Part shown: piece by piece, positions 1-13,527 of the stretch
Numbering within the stretch: the stretch's first letter is position 1
How the letters are laid out: each line of letters starts with the position of its first letter
From: Girardia tigrina
Taxonomy: Eukaryota
Assembly (NCBI GenBank): GCA_001938485.1
Contig: MQRK01227526.1
Location: 1 to 64,000, forward strand
DNA length: 64,000 nucleotides
Direction of reading: 5' to 3'
The notes under the pieces: generated by a model
Told to the model about the DNA's origin: nothing
Database searches by the model: none
Seen by the model: only the letters and a program-made list of their open reading frames with translations
Made by a program: the position numbers and the translations under genes

Positions 1-210
1 TGCATTTAGTGCATTTTTCTTAATTTTAAGGAAAAGTGAAATAAAGTTATTTTCATCCAATAATTTATTGGATAAATTTTATTTATTTTCGGCAAGTTTC
101 CATATAGTGTACCTGCTTAATACATTTTGTGACCTGATGATGGGATTTTTATTATCTCGAAACGCGTCGTCTTGTTTCTATCCTTATTATATAGATTTTA
201 CCTTACAATG

Positions 211-233
211 TATATATATATATATATATATAT
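211..233. repeat. (TA)n microsatellite next to the terminus of the unclassified element
   Basis: Pure TA run read directly. Confidence 0.9.
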
Positions 234-234
234 G

Positions 235-395
235 TATTCGCATTGTGATTTCCTTTATTACTGACTTGAGCCCATTTTCGTAATTATATTATAGTAAGAA
301 GTAAATTAAATAAATTAAAATAAAAGTAAAAAAATGACTAATGAAAAACTAAATAAAATAAAATAATAATTTAAATTTGGTGATTACTAATTACC
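235..395 (+). mobile_element. Unclassified element, terminal segment (copy A)
   Basis: TATTCGCATTGTGATTTCCTTTATTACTGACTTGAGCCCATTTT aligns without gaps to 23265-23308 and to the reverse complement of 59913-59956; the match to copy D extends through GTAATTATATTATAGT; an A-rich tract follows. Confidence 0.65.
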
Positions 396-408
396 AAAAG
401 TTAAATAA

Positions 409-540
409 GGGCTTGTTCGCATACTACGTAACGTGAAAAAAATCTTTTTATAGACACCCCATCCCTCCCTGTAACAAAAAAAACCTTGGAACTCCACCCC
501 CATCCAGACTTAACGTAACAAATATTTTTCCATATTAAAA
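409..540 (+). mobile_element. DNA transposon terminus fragment (Zator/Harbinger-like GGG...TACGTAACG end)
   Basis: TAA|GGGCTTGTTCGCATACTACGTAACG followed by C-rich subterminal blocks; no partner end found. Confidence 0.3.
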
Positions 541-559
541 TCATAGGTTAAACTTATTA

Positions 560-2420
560 TCATAAAATGGTCGGCAAAGTGCCATAACTATTAGTTAGTG
601 GCCTAATATTAAAATATTTAAAAAACTCCCCATTAAATTCTTTTCGGCAAACTCCTTGTAGCATCTTTCTACTGGACATTGGTGACGTTTGTCTCTCTCG
701 TTCGGTACAATTCTTCTTTGGTACAGTTGTTCTTGTCCTATTGAGTCTTCCTGATCGAATTAAGGAGTTTATGTATGTTTCCCTCGATACAGTAGGATCT
801 CTGTGATTGATGCGGTTAATGAAATCTCCATACACCGCATCATCCACAAATAGCCACTGTATGTCCACTCGAAGACATTCCGAAATTGATTGCTTCTTTC
901 TCCCACTGATCTTTTTCCCCATTTGTATTTCTCCCTTCCAGATTCGTTTGATTGTCTCGTACTCTTCTGAAGTTTCCGTCTTACTGTGGAAAGTAAGCCG
1001 TTTACTNGCGATAATATCCATGGGATGTGGGACTCCAATGTCCAGGATGTCCATACGGATCTTTTCAATTTTTTGTTTCTTCCTAACTATGCGCGTGCAT
1101 AGGTTATGAAGGGCATGCAATTTCTTAATGTTCTTGTCCGCAGTTCTCCAGCTTTCACAGCCGTAGTAGACTACAGAGAATATGCATGCGTTGATTACTT
1201 TCATCATACTCAGTTTGGAGCTTTTCAGCACTGGTCTCAGATCCCGGATCTTCTGGGTTCCTTTCTTGATTCTTTCTTTCACTTCCGCGTCCACATTTCC
1301 CGCTGAAGAGATCGTGGATCCTAGGTAACAAAAGATAGAGACCCACTCAATACCGGCCTCAAGTTGGTGCCCAGCAGTAAGGATCCGAGTATCTCCGTTT
1401 ATGTTCAAAACTTTGGTTTTACCGATGTTAATTTTGAGACCTAAATCTAAAAAAGATGCATTTAAAATGTTCAAATTATTTATCAAGTTGTTCCAGTCCG
1501 TGTCGATGAGGTAGAAATCGTCAGCATAGGCTAGTCTGTTGATCTCAAGGAAGCTTCCATCTTCATGTTTCATCATCACTCCTCCAGAGAGATAGTTCAA
1601 TATTGCTCTTTTCACAACCGTGTCGAATACAATATTGAACAGGAGCGGCCCTAAAACACAACCTTGACGCACTCCTTTCTCCATGTTGAAGGTTTCATCA
1701 ACTATAGAACCTTCGAATCCCTCATGGAAAGCTTTGATGATCTCTAACATTCGCCTCCTTATCCCTTGTCTCTTTAAACAGCTCCAGAGAGACTCCCGGG
1801 GGACACTGTCGAATGCCTTCTTCAAGTCGATAAAGATAACATACATATTAATATTCTTGTATCGCGCTTCCTCCTGCAATTTCCTCAAGATACTTATAGC
1901 CAACTGAGTTCCTCTGCCCGGCCGGAATCCATACTGCCACTCGTCCAGTATCGCTTCGGTGATCGGAGTGATTCGGTTCGCGATGATTCTGGCTAGAATC
2001 TTTCCTCCTACATCTAAAAGAAAAATGCCTCGGAAGTAATTTGGATCTTTTCGAGAGCCTTTCCCTTTGAAAAGAACCACCACTTTGGCCTCTCTCCAAC
2101 TAGGTGGGAATGCCTCTAATCCGTTCCATATGTTCCTAAAGCACTCCTCCAATAGGGTTAGTATTTTCACACTCCCCACTTATAGATTCCAGGGATCAAT
2201 CCATCAGATCCCGCGGCTGTCCCACTCTTCAACTGCTTCACTGCCTCTGTTATTTCTTCTCTCGTCGGAGGAGAATCCAAGTCATCGAGATTTAGAGTGT
2301 CTCCAGCGATATCAGTCCGTTCCTTCTGCTCTAATGGGGCCCTAAAAAGATTATAGAAGTGGTTGGTCAGCTCCTTGTTCCCAATAGGGTTCGAGGGAGT
2401 ACACAAAGTGTTCTCCTTTG
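560..2420 (-). mobile_element. RTE-clade LINE, 5'-truncated ORF2 (reverse transcriptase)
   Basis: ORF 560-2179 has WREAKVVVLFKGKG, QYGFRPGRGT, FIDLKKAFDSV, GVRQGCVLGPLLFN, YADD, YLGS and YGCESW; a frameshifted upstream part (KSGTAAGSDGL) runs to ~2420; frameshifted C-terminal HQCPVERC finger. Confidence 0.93.
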
Positions 2421-2670
2421 ATTGTGATTTTAATTGTGAAATAAATTGGTAGAACATTTGTACACCACATTTTGAATTATCCAATGGAAAATTGGTTTGT
2501 GTGTTTGGATAATATGTGAATTGTGAATGTCTGTGTGTATAAATTGCGATTGAATATGATATGTATATGTGTGTATGTAGGAAATAGGAAATTGGATTGG
2601 TGAATGTGTGTATGATTTTTTTTTGTAAAATTTGTAACAATTTCCTGAACATAATTGTTGAAACCGATCA

Positions 2671-3033
2671 TTGGAATTAAATAAAAATTGGCGAATTTTT
2701 GAATTTGTTTGGTTACGTAATATTTCGATTAAATTATTTTCAATTTTGAAAATATGTGATTCAATCGCGTTTAATAAAATAAATGAAATCAATGTTAAAT
2801 TTATTTCCGTCAAATTCTTATACGAATTAACTGAACAATCTGAACAATCAAATATTTGTCGATTTTATTCGTCGACGGTCTTAGACGATTTATTCGAATT
2901 ATTGATGAATTATTCGAATTCGGAATTCAATTTGTGTTTATTGTCGATTTTGCTTTCGTATTTCTCTAACTCAAAGAAATCGTACCCCCACGAGGCATCA
3001 ATGATGGACGATAATTTTATAACATTTATTTAA
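2671..3033 (+). CDS. Orphan ORF within the unclassified element (no clear ATG)
   Basis: 120 open codons in very AT-rich DNA directly after the GT-rich tract; no recognisable domain. Confidence 0.3.
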   Translation: MELNKNWRIFEFVWLRNISIKLFSILKICDSIAFNKINEINVKFISVKFLYELTEQSEQSNICRFYSSTVLDDLFELLMNYSNSEFNLCLLSILLSYFSNSKKSYPHEASMMDDNFITFI

Positions 3034-3102
3034 ATATAAATATATATACACATACGTTTCTAAAGCATTTGATATCAAAACATCATTCAAATGAACATCA
3101 AA

Positions 3103-3606
3103 TCAGAATTTGGAGTTCCCGATGATTGCAGAAATCATTCGACCGCTTTGTACCCCAACTTTCATAATTACTAATTCATGGTGCGTTTTATTGAATTTCA
3201 TTGTCATACATATTCCTAATCCCATTTCAATACAACTCAAAACATGGCCAGATCTCATAACGGGACAATCAGTTACACAATAATTACAATATCCCAAAAT
3301 AACGTTTGTTTCGCAATTTATTAGTTTCCCGAATTTATCGAAATGATAATGCAAATCATTTATTAAATAAACCAATTGTTTAACGGTTTTATTCAAACTC
3401 ATGGCTGTGAATCCAAACATATCCTCAAATAATATATTCGCGTCTTTAAACTGTTTACAAAAGACTAAATTAAATAAATCTGCGTTACTAATTTGTCTTA
3501 GAAATTCGTCTTTAACTGCACTCGGCATTATAGCTTCAATCCAGTACGTTTGGACGTTTGCCGATTGCATTTTTATTTTGGTAAAAGAAACCAATTTGAA
3601 TATCAT
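3103..3606 (-). CDS. Orphan intronless ORF, 167 aa, with CxxC
   Basis: ATG-to-stop ORF with protein-like composition (GYCNYCVTDCPVMRSGHVLSC), flanked by AT-rich spacers; no family recognised. Confidence 0.5.
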   Translation of the reverse strand: MIFKLVSFTKIKMQSANVQTYWIEAIMPSAVKDEFLRQISNADLFNLVFCKQFKDANILFEDMFGFTAMSLNKTVKQLVYLINDLHYHFDKFGKLINCETNVILGYCNYCVTDCPVMRSGHVLSCIEMGLGICMTMKFNKTHHELVIMKVGVQSGRMISAIIGNSKF

Positions 3607-3769
3607 TTTTCATTCTTTTATTTTAAAGATATATGCGAAGTTCCCGCAAATTTGACATATTATTTAAACAAAAACTTAATACTATATATCAATATTTATA
3701 GATCATATATATATGAATATTCTAATTTTAAGTTTTCTTTATTTTATTTCTTTTTTTTAATTCGAAACT

Positions 3770-4633
3770 GAACAGGTAGTCCAAGAGTTGAGTGTTCCAT
3801 TTCCATTGAGTTTTGGTTGTGTTTCTTCCCCCTCGTCCCAGAGTCACAACATCCCCGGTACTGGGGCTCCTCAGCCGCGCCTAGACCACACTCAGTCAAT
3901 GAACAACAGTATTCCGTACTGATATTTTGATAAGATTTGCGACATACAAGGGATCAGTCGACTGAAAAATCTGATTAAAGTGTGAGGCGATTACCTCATC
4001 TGGAACTGATCTATTTAATGTACACAGGGTGTACTCTCTATTCTCAGCGTTGCTGAGCATTCTAAGCTCCATGAATAAATCCCGTGTATTTTACCATACA
4101 TGGTTTAAGATCTGCTCTATTAGTATTCCCAAAATTCAAACTATATATCGATTCCATTGCTTCAATTTTTGCAGCAGGTTGTTTCTTGCTGTTTTCCAGA
4201 TTCTGTAGGCTTCCTCGCAACGTCTTCTAATGAAGTCTGTTCTGTTGGACTATTTTCTTTCAAGGAACTGGTTCAATTCTTCAAGATGCCTATGTAATCA
4301 AATCTAATTTACTGGGATATGCTGCTTCACACGGTGATGTTTAAGTGTCGCTGAGATTATTCTTTTCTCTACACTTTTCCAACTGTTATCCATCTCAATT
4401 CACTCTTTCATCAGTTCAGCTGTAATTTATTCTTTTTTCTCCATTAAAAGTAGTTTGTCAAGTTTTCTGTACCTTCGAGGTTTCCTTCCAGTTGTTTTCT
4501 TTTTCTGAGACAATGATTTTAACATTACCAAGTCATGGTCAGAACCGCAGCCAAGACTATTGTAGCTCTTGACATCGATTATTCTCCGGAAACTTCTCTG
4601 GTCTGTGAGAAAGGGTACAGGTCTGTTTAGCAC
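3770..4633 (-). mobile_element. Degenerate LINE fragments (APE endonuclease end and linker)
   Basis: SYNSLGCGSDHDLV is the C-terminal SDH motif of APE endonucleases; the rest is broken by stops. Confidence 0.65.
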
Positions 4634-4849
4634 CGTTTTCTTTGGTGCAGTTTATTTTGGCACAATTTTTTTGGTTCCATATTTGGTGACATATTTTATG
4701 ATTCGATAATTTTGGTTACGTAACTTAGGGTGTTGAATTTTTTAGACTTTTTCTAAACAAATGTTGAGACTAATAATAAATAATTTTAATTTATGGTAAC
4801 TATTAAGAAAATTTTGACTGCATCGCCGACAGTAATAGAGTAAACTTAT

Positions 4850-5640
4850 CCATACTTTGCGATAACAAAACAGCTTTCGTCAACGCCTCCCACGAATCCG
4901 CAATATCCTTTATCTTGTTCAACTACATAAACCAAGCCCATTGGCGCCTACTGCTACAAGATAATAGATTAAGAGACACTTTCGATTCATGAACCAGCAA
5001 CGAAAATCTAAACAAGTCAATCACGAGAGGTTGGATCACCTTTGAGGGTTGGTACTTCATCCACAAAGCCCGACTAGGCCTCCTCTCCTGCAATTACTGC
5101 AGTCATCTTTTCCACAAAGAAATCACTAACTTCTGCAGAAAATGTGGAAAGATACTTGAAACACCCTGCCACATTATCAACCATTGCAACTACTCCTTGA
5201 ATTTCGCAAGGTTCAAAAACAACAAAATCAAAGACGAAATTGCGAAATTCCCTCGCAAAAGATTCGGTGACGACACTGTCTTCACCGAAAGATCTCACAC
5301 TTTCCCAGACAAAACTTGGACCCAACGCATGGATATACGAAGTCAAAAGCCCTTGGGACGCAAGTAGACAATTCAACGACGCCTACACAAGAGAATGTGA
5401 CCGCTACCTTGACGTTTAAATGGACCTTCTCGAATGCCATCACAAAAAATGCCATCTGAAGCCTAGGAAGATGGCACCCTGACAACGATTTCCTACTTCA
5501 CATCATTGGATGGAATGATGATGAAGTCAAAACATATGCCACAAAAGTAGCAAAACGTAACATTGAAATGTGCGCCAAGCACTTTAGCCGACACCTTCTT
5601 TACATATCCAACGAAGAAATAATCAGAGATGGCACTGCTT
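4850..5640 (+). mobile_element. RLE-type (R2/NeSL-like) non-LTR retrotransposon, 3' remnant
   Basis: Manual translation gives the CCHC knuckle FCRKCGKILETPCHIINHC and the restriction-like endonuclease motif WIYEVKSPWD; in-frame stops. Confidence 0.7.
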
Positions 5641-5759
5641 AACAACACGAAGTCAAAAACTCCAATTTGCAAACTGTAAGAGTGTGTAACTTTTCACCGT
5701 GACGAAGCAAAGGCAGAGACGCAAGCCACTAGTCGGTCATCGAGACATCTAAACGAAAA

Positions 5760-6560
5760 TGTCGATGCCTTGCATTTGATTTGATATTCATTTGATATTC
5801 CAGTCCCCGCGTCATCAGTTAGGCACATGACTTTCGTTTTAGATGCACTAATAGTCAACCCGAATTCTGAAAATGTGCATCTAAGTATATCCAGGTTTTT
5901 AAGTATACGATCAATATCATAGTCGATGAAGCATAGGTCATCCGCATAAGTAAGTCTATTGACTTGTATTTCGTCACAATGCTCGTCGATCAAGGCAATT
6001 CCTTCCCTGAATCCTTTCAGTATCGTCGTTTTGATAGCTTCATCGAAAACCAAGTTAAAAAGACAAGTTCCCATTACACATCCCTGTCTGACACCCTTTT
6101 CCATGAAAAACTCACAATCCCCCACAGATACAATAAAGCTCTCATGGAATTCCTTGATCAGGTAGAGAATCTTATCGGTCAAGCTGAATCTTTTCAGGCA
6201 GGCCCACAGAACTTCAAGTGGGAAACTATCAAATGTCTTTTCCAAGTCAATGATTATCACAAATACATTCTAGTTCTTGCATAGTACCTATTTTCAGCAA
6301 AAAAACAAACTGCCAAGAGTTTAACTTTTCTTCCATCATCGGTGTCATTCTATTTACGATTATTCGTGCAAAAACGTTGCCAGTGACTTCCAAGAGAAAG
6401 ATCTATCTATAATTATTCGCATCAATTTTCACTCCCTTTAGCGATAAATATCATTTTTTTCTCGTTTTAAGGTTCCACGAGAGTTTTATAGACTCAGTTT
6501 GAAATTTATGAAAATGATAAATCAGCTCTACACCTGACCTCTCTCACCTCTATATACCGC
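5760..6560 (-). mobile_element. RTE-like LINE RT fragment
   Basis: IDLEKTFDS, GVRQGCVMGTCLFN, YADD; close relative of the 560-2420 element. Confidence 0.88.
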
Positions 6561-7039
6561 CGGTAATGATTGCGTAATCAAAAAGTCATCAATAGAGTTG
6601 TCGAGAGTGAATTTTGAGCGTTATTTCAAGATACAAAGATCTTAAATATAACGCTACACATGTCACCTTCTCCCAATAATGCTTAAATTGAGAGCACGGA
6701 ATGGGTATTTATGTCCCCTTTACAATGTTTAATCCGTCGAAATTAATGATAAACATTTTAATTGGTTTGTTAATTTTAATTCTTATATAACTTAATTTTT
6801 TTTAAATAATTAGCAATGTTAAAATAAAATGTAAAATAGCGGTAAACCGACACAAAAATTAAACGTTTTGAATGAGAGACGGAAAAGAAAATGAGAATAA
6901 TAGTTTTTATATTCAGACATTCAAAATAATGATTATGATCATTAAATTTGTTGTATAAAAACATTGAAAAAATTTAAAATTTAATAATCTTTAAATTAAA
7001 TAATTTGATTATTATTTCATATAATTAATACATTCTTAG

Positions 7040-7740
7040 AATTATCTCTGTATCGTGGAAATAAATATTCATACGAGAGACGGAGGGACAATAAATATAA
7101 TAATGAACATTACACAAATACATCAATCACAGCGACACTCTTTTGGAAACAAATATTTCCCAATAATTATTGTTTGATGGAAATAAAAATGAGGTATGAA
7201 ATTATAACACTGATAAATTTGTCTTTGTTAATTGTACAAATGTATTTAGAGATGGATCTGTGCTGTTAATGTCGATCAATCGCAATAATTATATGATCAA
7301 ACAAATTGTGAATCTCAATTCAAATGATCCACAAACACAAAAATTGAGTAAAATATCGATAAATAATATCAATATGTTATATATCAATATGAATTATCGA
7401 GATTTAATGTTGAGAGTGAATATTTATTTGTATTATTTTTGAGTTAATTTGTAACAGATCAAAAGTGGTGATCAGATCAACACATTCATTGATGGGCCGA
7501 TAAATGAACCAATATCGATCAATATCGGTAGATCAGATCAGAGAAATACTTGTAAAACATTTGAAGGATCAATTGGTTAATATAGTGAATCACAATGTAT
7601 TTTAATAATTAAATAAAATATCAGAATTCAAGTACGATTCCTCACAATTTATAAATAATGTTAATAAATCCGTGGATCAAAGGTCGATCACAGAAATCAA
7701 TGGAAAAGATCAAAACTCGAGTTCTAGAACCATCGTTTAT
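7040..7740 (+). CDS. LamG-domain exon block, paralog of 46769-47304 (exons 7040-7193, 7250-7415, 7458-7575, 7625-7740)
   Basis: GT-AG introns of 56, 42 and 49 nt give a continuous frame through ...INIGRSDQRNTCKTFEGSIEFKYDSSQ; upstream exons not found. Confidence 0.7.
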
Positions 7741-7904
7741 GTATATTTGATATATGAATATTTTAATAATTTATAATTAATACGAGCAATATGTCAATTA
7801 AAATGTATTATTTATTTACGATTAATAATGAAAACTATAATAATTAAATAAATAATGGTAAACTTTGAGAAAAAATATTTTCAAAATTTTTATTTTCCAA
7901 AAAT

Positions 7905-8515
7905 GTTATTAATTTCGACGGATCAGCCGCCATCGACAGACAAAACAAATAATGATCAAAACAATGTTTATATATGGAAGCGATGGTTGCGCAATCAAAT
8001 TATGCAATCGCTATTTAATTAAATACCTTTAATAAATTGGTTGACATTGTCGCTTGAACATTTATTTTAGGATTGTGGGTTTTGATTAATAAAGCCTGGC
8101 AATGTGTATGGATGACGGTCGATCCGTCGAAATTAATAATATTTTTTGAAAATGAAAATTAAATAAATTATCAGATTTCTGTTCGAATCGAAACAATTCA
8201 AAATCAATTTTATAAAATCAGTTGATGATGGATCAACTGCATCAAGTTAAAGGATCAAAGGGTCAATATTTTAAGATTAATTCAGTAAACCAGTTAATTA
8301 TTCATGTATAAACTTTTTAAATTTTAAAAGTAATAAAAAATAAGGGTGTATAAATTTAAAAAATAACTGCAGTATATTAAAGGCAACATTTCTCAACAAT
8401 ATTTTTAAACAAATTTTAGACAAATTAGCCACTTATGAAAATCAAAATAACAAGCTAATTAAAATTATTTTTTTCGCTTATTAATTTCGACGGTTTAACT
8501 ATCATCTTCAAAACA
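7905..8515. repeat. Degenerate Penelope-type hammerhead repeats (inverted pair plus a third copy)
   Basis: GATGACGG-n5-CCGTCGAAATTAAT-like units at ~7908-7940 (-), ~8104-8140 (+) and ~8480-8512 (-); partial copy at ~6731-6748; homologous to 35790-35828. Confidence 0.6.
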
Positions 8516-8739
8516 AATTGTTTGTAAATATGAAAAAATTGACCACATGTCCTTTAATATTAGAGAGCAACAAGGTTTTCCTATTTTAATGTTGCTTTTT
8601 GATAAAGGTAATTATAGTAATCGCTCTAACCAAACAATTGAAATGAATGCTAATTCAAACATAACTATTAATCTGTACCTACAATAATTTTTTTTTAACC
8701 GTATTCATGTTTATTTATTTTATTTATTATGTATAAACT

Positions 8740-9718
8740 AAAATTTATTATAAAAACAAAGTTCTTCTTGAAATAGTTTTAGTGCATTTCGGAACGTCTG
8801 ACTGTTTTGGAAATTGAATAGGGAGCACTGGTTCGTCGGGATTCACGCCAGTACAAAGAGAGGCCTACGATTGTAATCGTCTATCCTACTCAGTACCCGG
8901 GACTGAGCAGATATAGAGGCAAATATGGAGCCGAGAAGTGTTGAGTAATGTCAAGAGAGATCCAACATAAATAAAAGTGTCCCTACTTCCGCCATACATA
9001 ACGGTACCATCTCAGTTATTACACTAGAGTGGGGTCGATAATTATCAGTAGAGGGCCTCTGTCGTATAAGACATTACCATCATCAGGAAACAACTGATAT
9101 TGGAGTCCATAACCCTAAAAAGTATAACATACAAAGTGATTTCTCTGCCAAGCGGGATCTTCAATATTTTCTTTAAGGCACTACTTCAAACCATGATCAA
9201 CCCCAAAGACTGAGTCGGAATCGGAATCATCAAAGATTGGCCCCTCTTGTAGCGTCTCCGTGGTTTCTTCTGGGTTGTAAATCGCATCATTAAAGTTGTG
9301 GACGTTTTGTCCTTCCCATGGGTCCTCGAGTGCTTCTTACTTCCGCTACGATCACCTTATGTTTGATTCAACATAGTCATTGGCGATTTATTTTATCCTA
9401 TGACCTAAATGTAATTCAATAAGGATGGTTTCATTGTTGGGCATCAATGCACCTAATGCATCAACAATAAAAGTATCTAATAGAATTTTACTCCCACAAT
9501 TTTCAGTGATAGCCTCGAGAAGATAGAAATAATTGTCTATATTTTTGATGTCAACCATCTCAAGACTGTGCATGGTATCGTAAGGGCACTTGAGATCAAC
9601 AAGAAACAACCTTTTTTATATTTTCAAAATAAACTTGCAGATCAACACAATCCGTTGAAGGGAAGTACCGGCATGTCTTATTCACATGCAGGACCGCACC
9701 AGAGTGCATTTTGATTTC
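8740..9718 (-). mobile_element. RLE-type non-LTR retrotransposon, 3' part (split by the Gypsy insertion)
   Basis: Frame continues from 15326 across the TSD (...DMVAA|EIKMHSG...VDLQ), then FLVDLKCPYD endonuclease motif, acidic tail and putative 3'UTR; left boundary approximate. Confidence 0.7.
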
Positions 9719-9723
9719 GGCTG

Positions 9724-10321
9724 TGTGAGAAGTGGTTGCAACCTCTATATCAGAATTCATTTTTTTAAACACCAAAATTTATTTATATAACAATTCACAT
9801 CTTTAAAACAAATTTTCCTGTTAATTTAATTTAATTATCNNNNNNNNNNNNNNNNNNNNNNNNNNNNNNNNNNNNNNNNNNNNNNNNNNNNNNNNNNNNN
9901 NNNNNNNNNNNNNNNNNNNNNNNNNNNNNNNNNNNNNNNNNNNNNNNNNNNNNNNNNNNNNNNNNNNNNNNNNNNNNNNNNNNNNNNNNNNNNNNNNNNN
10001 NNNNNNNNNNNNNNNNNNNNNTTTTTAATTTTAAGATATTTAATAGATACATTAAAAGATATTTTTTATTTTTAAATAGATATTTTATTTTTTTATGATT
10101 TTCTTTTATTATATCATTTTTAATTTTTTTAAAATATTTATGAACACATTAAAAAATATTTTATTTTTAAAAACGTTTTTGATTTTTTAATAGTTGTTTT
10201 ATTATATCATTTTTAATTTTAAAATATTGAATAATCATATTAACATAAAAATATTTTACTTTTTAAATTAAAAAATAATAAATTATTCAGGCGAGATAAA
10301 AATGTAAATTAACCCCTCATA
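9724..10321 (-). repeat. 3' LTR (TATGAGG...CTCACA), contains an N gap
   Basis: Matches 14634-15320; starts directly after the PPT. Confidence 0.92.
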
Positions 10322-13300
10322 TCCCCCTTCTTTAAGAATTTTCTCAATTTTTCCACGTTTCGATCTAAAATTCTTCCATCTTCATTTATTAGTTTATACC
10401 TTCTATCGTGTGTTTTCTCTACCACTTTATACGGTCCTTCATATTTATCTTTACTCTTTATCTCCGTTTCCACCTTGACTAGTACTTCATCTCCGATTTC
10501 AAAATTTCTTTTGGTTGTTGAGTCTTTCTTTTCTTGCTGTAACTTTATATCTTGACTATGCCATCTTTCTCTGTATATTTTCTTACCGAATATAATTTCC
10601 GCTAGGCTCTTCCCTATTGTTTTCTGAAAATTTGCGTTTAATGTGAATTCTATTTCCGGTAGTAGTTCCTCGCAGTCTGATCTTTTCTTTGTATGTAACA
10701 ATGCGTTTAAATATTCTCTAATGGTCCGAAATTGTCTTTCTACTATTCCATTCGTGTTATGATAGTACAGACTCGAGTAGCACATTTTTATATTCATTGA
10801 TTCTGCCATGTCTTTGATTACCTTCGATTTGAATGTCTTCCCACAATCTGTATGTATTTCCGTCGGCGCTCCAAATATCAATATCCATTTGGTCATTATG
10901 ATGTCTTTCATGGTTATTTCATCCTGCTTGCTAAACCTACTAAACTGATCTATGATTGCAACAATATACTTTTTTCTTCTCAAAGTCTCCTTTAGTGGTC
11001 CGCATATGTCTATTTACACTTTCTCAAATGGTTCATTTGCGACCAATGTCACCCGTTTTTCCTTCATAGCGGTCGTTAGTGTTTTACTTTTTGGCATGCT
11101 TTACATTGTCCAGTTACTTCTTTTATTATTTCATTCCGATTGATCATGTCATAATTTTGTGAGATGTATTTCGTTACTTTCTCTGCGCCCGTGTGTGACA
11201 ATAGCGTATGCATTTGTATGATCATTTCTTCTCTTTTTAACTTTGGTATCCAAATCTTCCCCATGTTTGCTTTTATTATGCCGTCTTCAATCGTAAGCTT
11301 TCTGTCTTTACCTGAACTTGGGTCTCTTTTAATTTCTTCTATTTATTCTTGATGATATTTGAATATCTGCGATGTTTCCAGTACGTTGATTCTTCGAGTC
11401 TTTATCTTCATCATTTTAGCATCTTCATAAGCCATCAAGCATTGTGTACATGTATCACATGTATTCCGAGACAACATATCCGCGTTCAATGATCTGTTCC
11501 TTTTCTGTATTCTAAGTGTATGTCAAGACTTGATAAATAATTAATCCATGTCTGAAATTGCGCCGTTATCAGTTTTTTGTTTTAACCATAAACGTAATTG
11601 CCTTATGATCCGTTCTGAAAGTGAATCGCTTCCCGTATAAATAATGATTAAAGTGTTGACAGAAGTAATACATTGTCTACAGGTCCTTCCTCGTAATGCA
11701 GTATCCTTTTTCATGATTATTCATAGAGTGTGAACTAAATGCAATAACTCTCTCACGTCCGTTCTTATCTCTTTGGAATAATACTGCTCCAATTGTGTCG
11801 AAACTGGCATCAGTGTCCAGTATAAATTCTTTCTTGAAGTCTGGGAATCCTAGAATCGGTGGTGTTTTTAAAGCCTCTTTCATCTCTGCAAATGCTACAT
11901 CACATGCGTCTGTCCATAACAATTTATTCTTGTTCAATCCACACAGTTCTTCCAATGTTTTGGCCTTTGTTGCGTAGTCCTTAATAAATTGTCTGTAATA
12001 ATTGCAAATTCCAAGGAAACTTCTTAGATTCTTTATACATTTCGGTTTTTCAAATGTCTTTATGGCTTCTAATTTAGATGGGTCCGTCTGTATACCTTTA
12101 TCATTAATTACATGTCCCAAAAATTTAACTTCCGTTTTTTAAGATATGGCACTTTTCCGGATTGATTCTTAAGCGAGCTTCCCGATTTGGTCCAATACTT
12201 TATTCAAAGTTTCGTAATGTTGTTCCAACGATTTTGAAAATATTAGAATGTCATCTAAATATACCACTGTCTGTTCTATGTCTCCGAGCACCTTTGTCAT
12301 GAGTTCCTGAAACGTTCCCCGTGCCGCTGCTATACCAAACGACATTCTATTGAAACAAAATTGTCCTAGCTTTGTGGAAAATGCTGTTTTTAGCTTTGAA
12401 TCTTCCTCTAGTTCGACCTGGTAGTATGCATTGCCTAAATCAATTGATGTGAAATATCTGGTTCCATATAATCTGTCCATCATTTCTATCATATTTGGCA
12501 TATGAAATGGCTGACTCTCCGTGACTGGGTTTAGCTGTCTAAAATCAAAGCATATTCTAACATCATTCTTTTCTTTCTTCCATACACAAATCATCGGTGT
12601 ATTCCATGGTGAATTACATTTCTTAATAATGTTGTTTTCCCACAAATTCTTAAAAGTCTCATCAATCTTTTCTTCCAGATTAACTGGTTGCCTATGGGGT
12701 CTAAGGTTAATTGGAGGTCCTTTCGTGTCTATTCTATGTTTAATCATCGTCGTACATCCGATATCCCATTTTTCAGCCATAAAAACTCCTTGATGTTTTT
12801 TAACAATATCCACAATCTTTGGTTTATCTGCAATTTTCATAATTTCTATGGCTCTTTTGAATCGTTCCTCGTTTATAACCTAACGTCCAAATTTGGCTTC
12901 TAAGTTACATACTTGATAAAATTGTTCGTTCACACCATTTTCTTTCTTTTCCAATGTAACTCGATTCCAAATGCTATTTGCAGTTCTATTCCTCCTATTA
13001 TGTCTGGTTTTACGTCATTTACTACAATGAACGTTATATTTCTCGGTTTTCTTTAATTTCTACGTCCACTGAAATTTTACCCATACAATCTAGTTGACTA
13101 CTGTTCGCACAATTTAATTTAATATCTGCCTTTTCTAATTTTACGTTCGTTAGTTTCTCAAANNNNNNNNNNNNNNNNNNNNNNNNNNNNNNNNNNNNNN
13201 NNNNNNNNNNNNNNNNNNNNTTACCTTGTATCATCAACTTTATACTCGGCCGGCCTTGCATTCTATCATACGATATATTTTCTGCTTTCCATTCATCTAT

Positions 13301-13459
13301 TGACAAAATCCTGGCATTTTCTTCTGTGTTCTCTTCTTCCATTGTTCCCACTAAACATCGTCCAAGATTGTCCTCAAAAGTTTCTTTCTTTATAAATTTC
13401 CGTACTTTATCATTTACTCTTGCTTCACTTATCTCCACATTCCCTTCATCGTCTATCAC
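10309..13459 (-). pseudogene. Gypsy pol (protease region, RT, RNase H, integrase), frameshifted
   Basis: SPWNTPMICVWKK, IDLGNAYYQV, YLDDILIFS, FILDTDASF, HTLLSH...CKACQ, IHTDCG, VERQFRTIR, YEGPYKV. Confidence 0.93.
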
Positions 13460-13527
13460 TACGTCTATAATATTTGATATATTACTTCTACTATAAATAC
13501 CAATACTTTGGGAGTCATTGGTATCCT

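Noticed and set aside
2430-2813. His/Thr-rich ORFs (also 21929-22114 and 23633-23860) as a protein family
   Set aside because: They are translations of the CA-rich strand; the conserved signal is at nucleotide level and includes stop codons.
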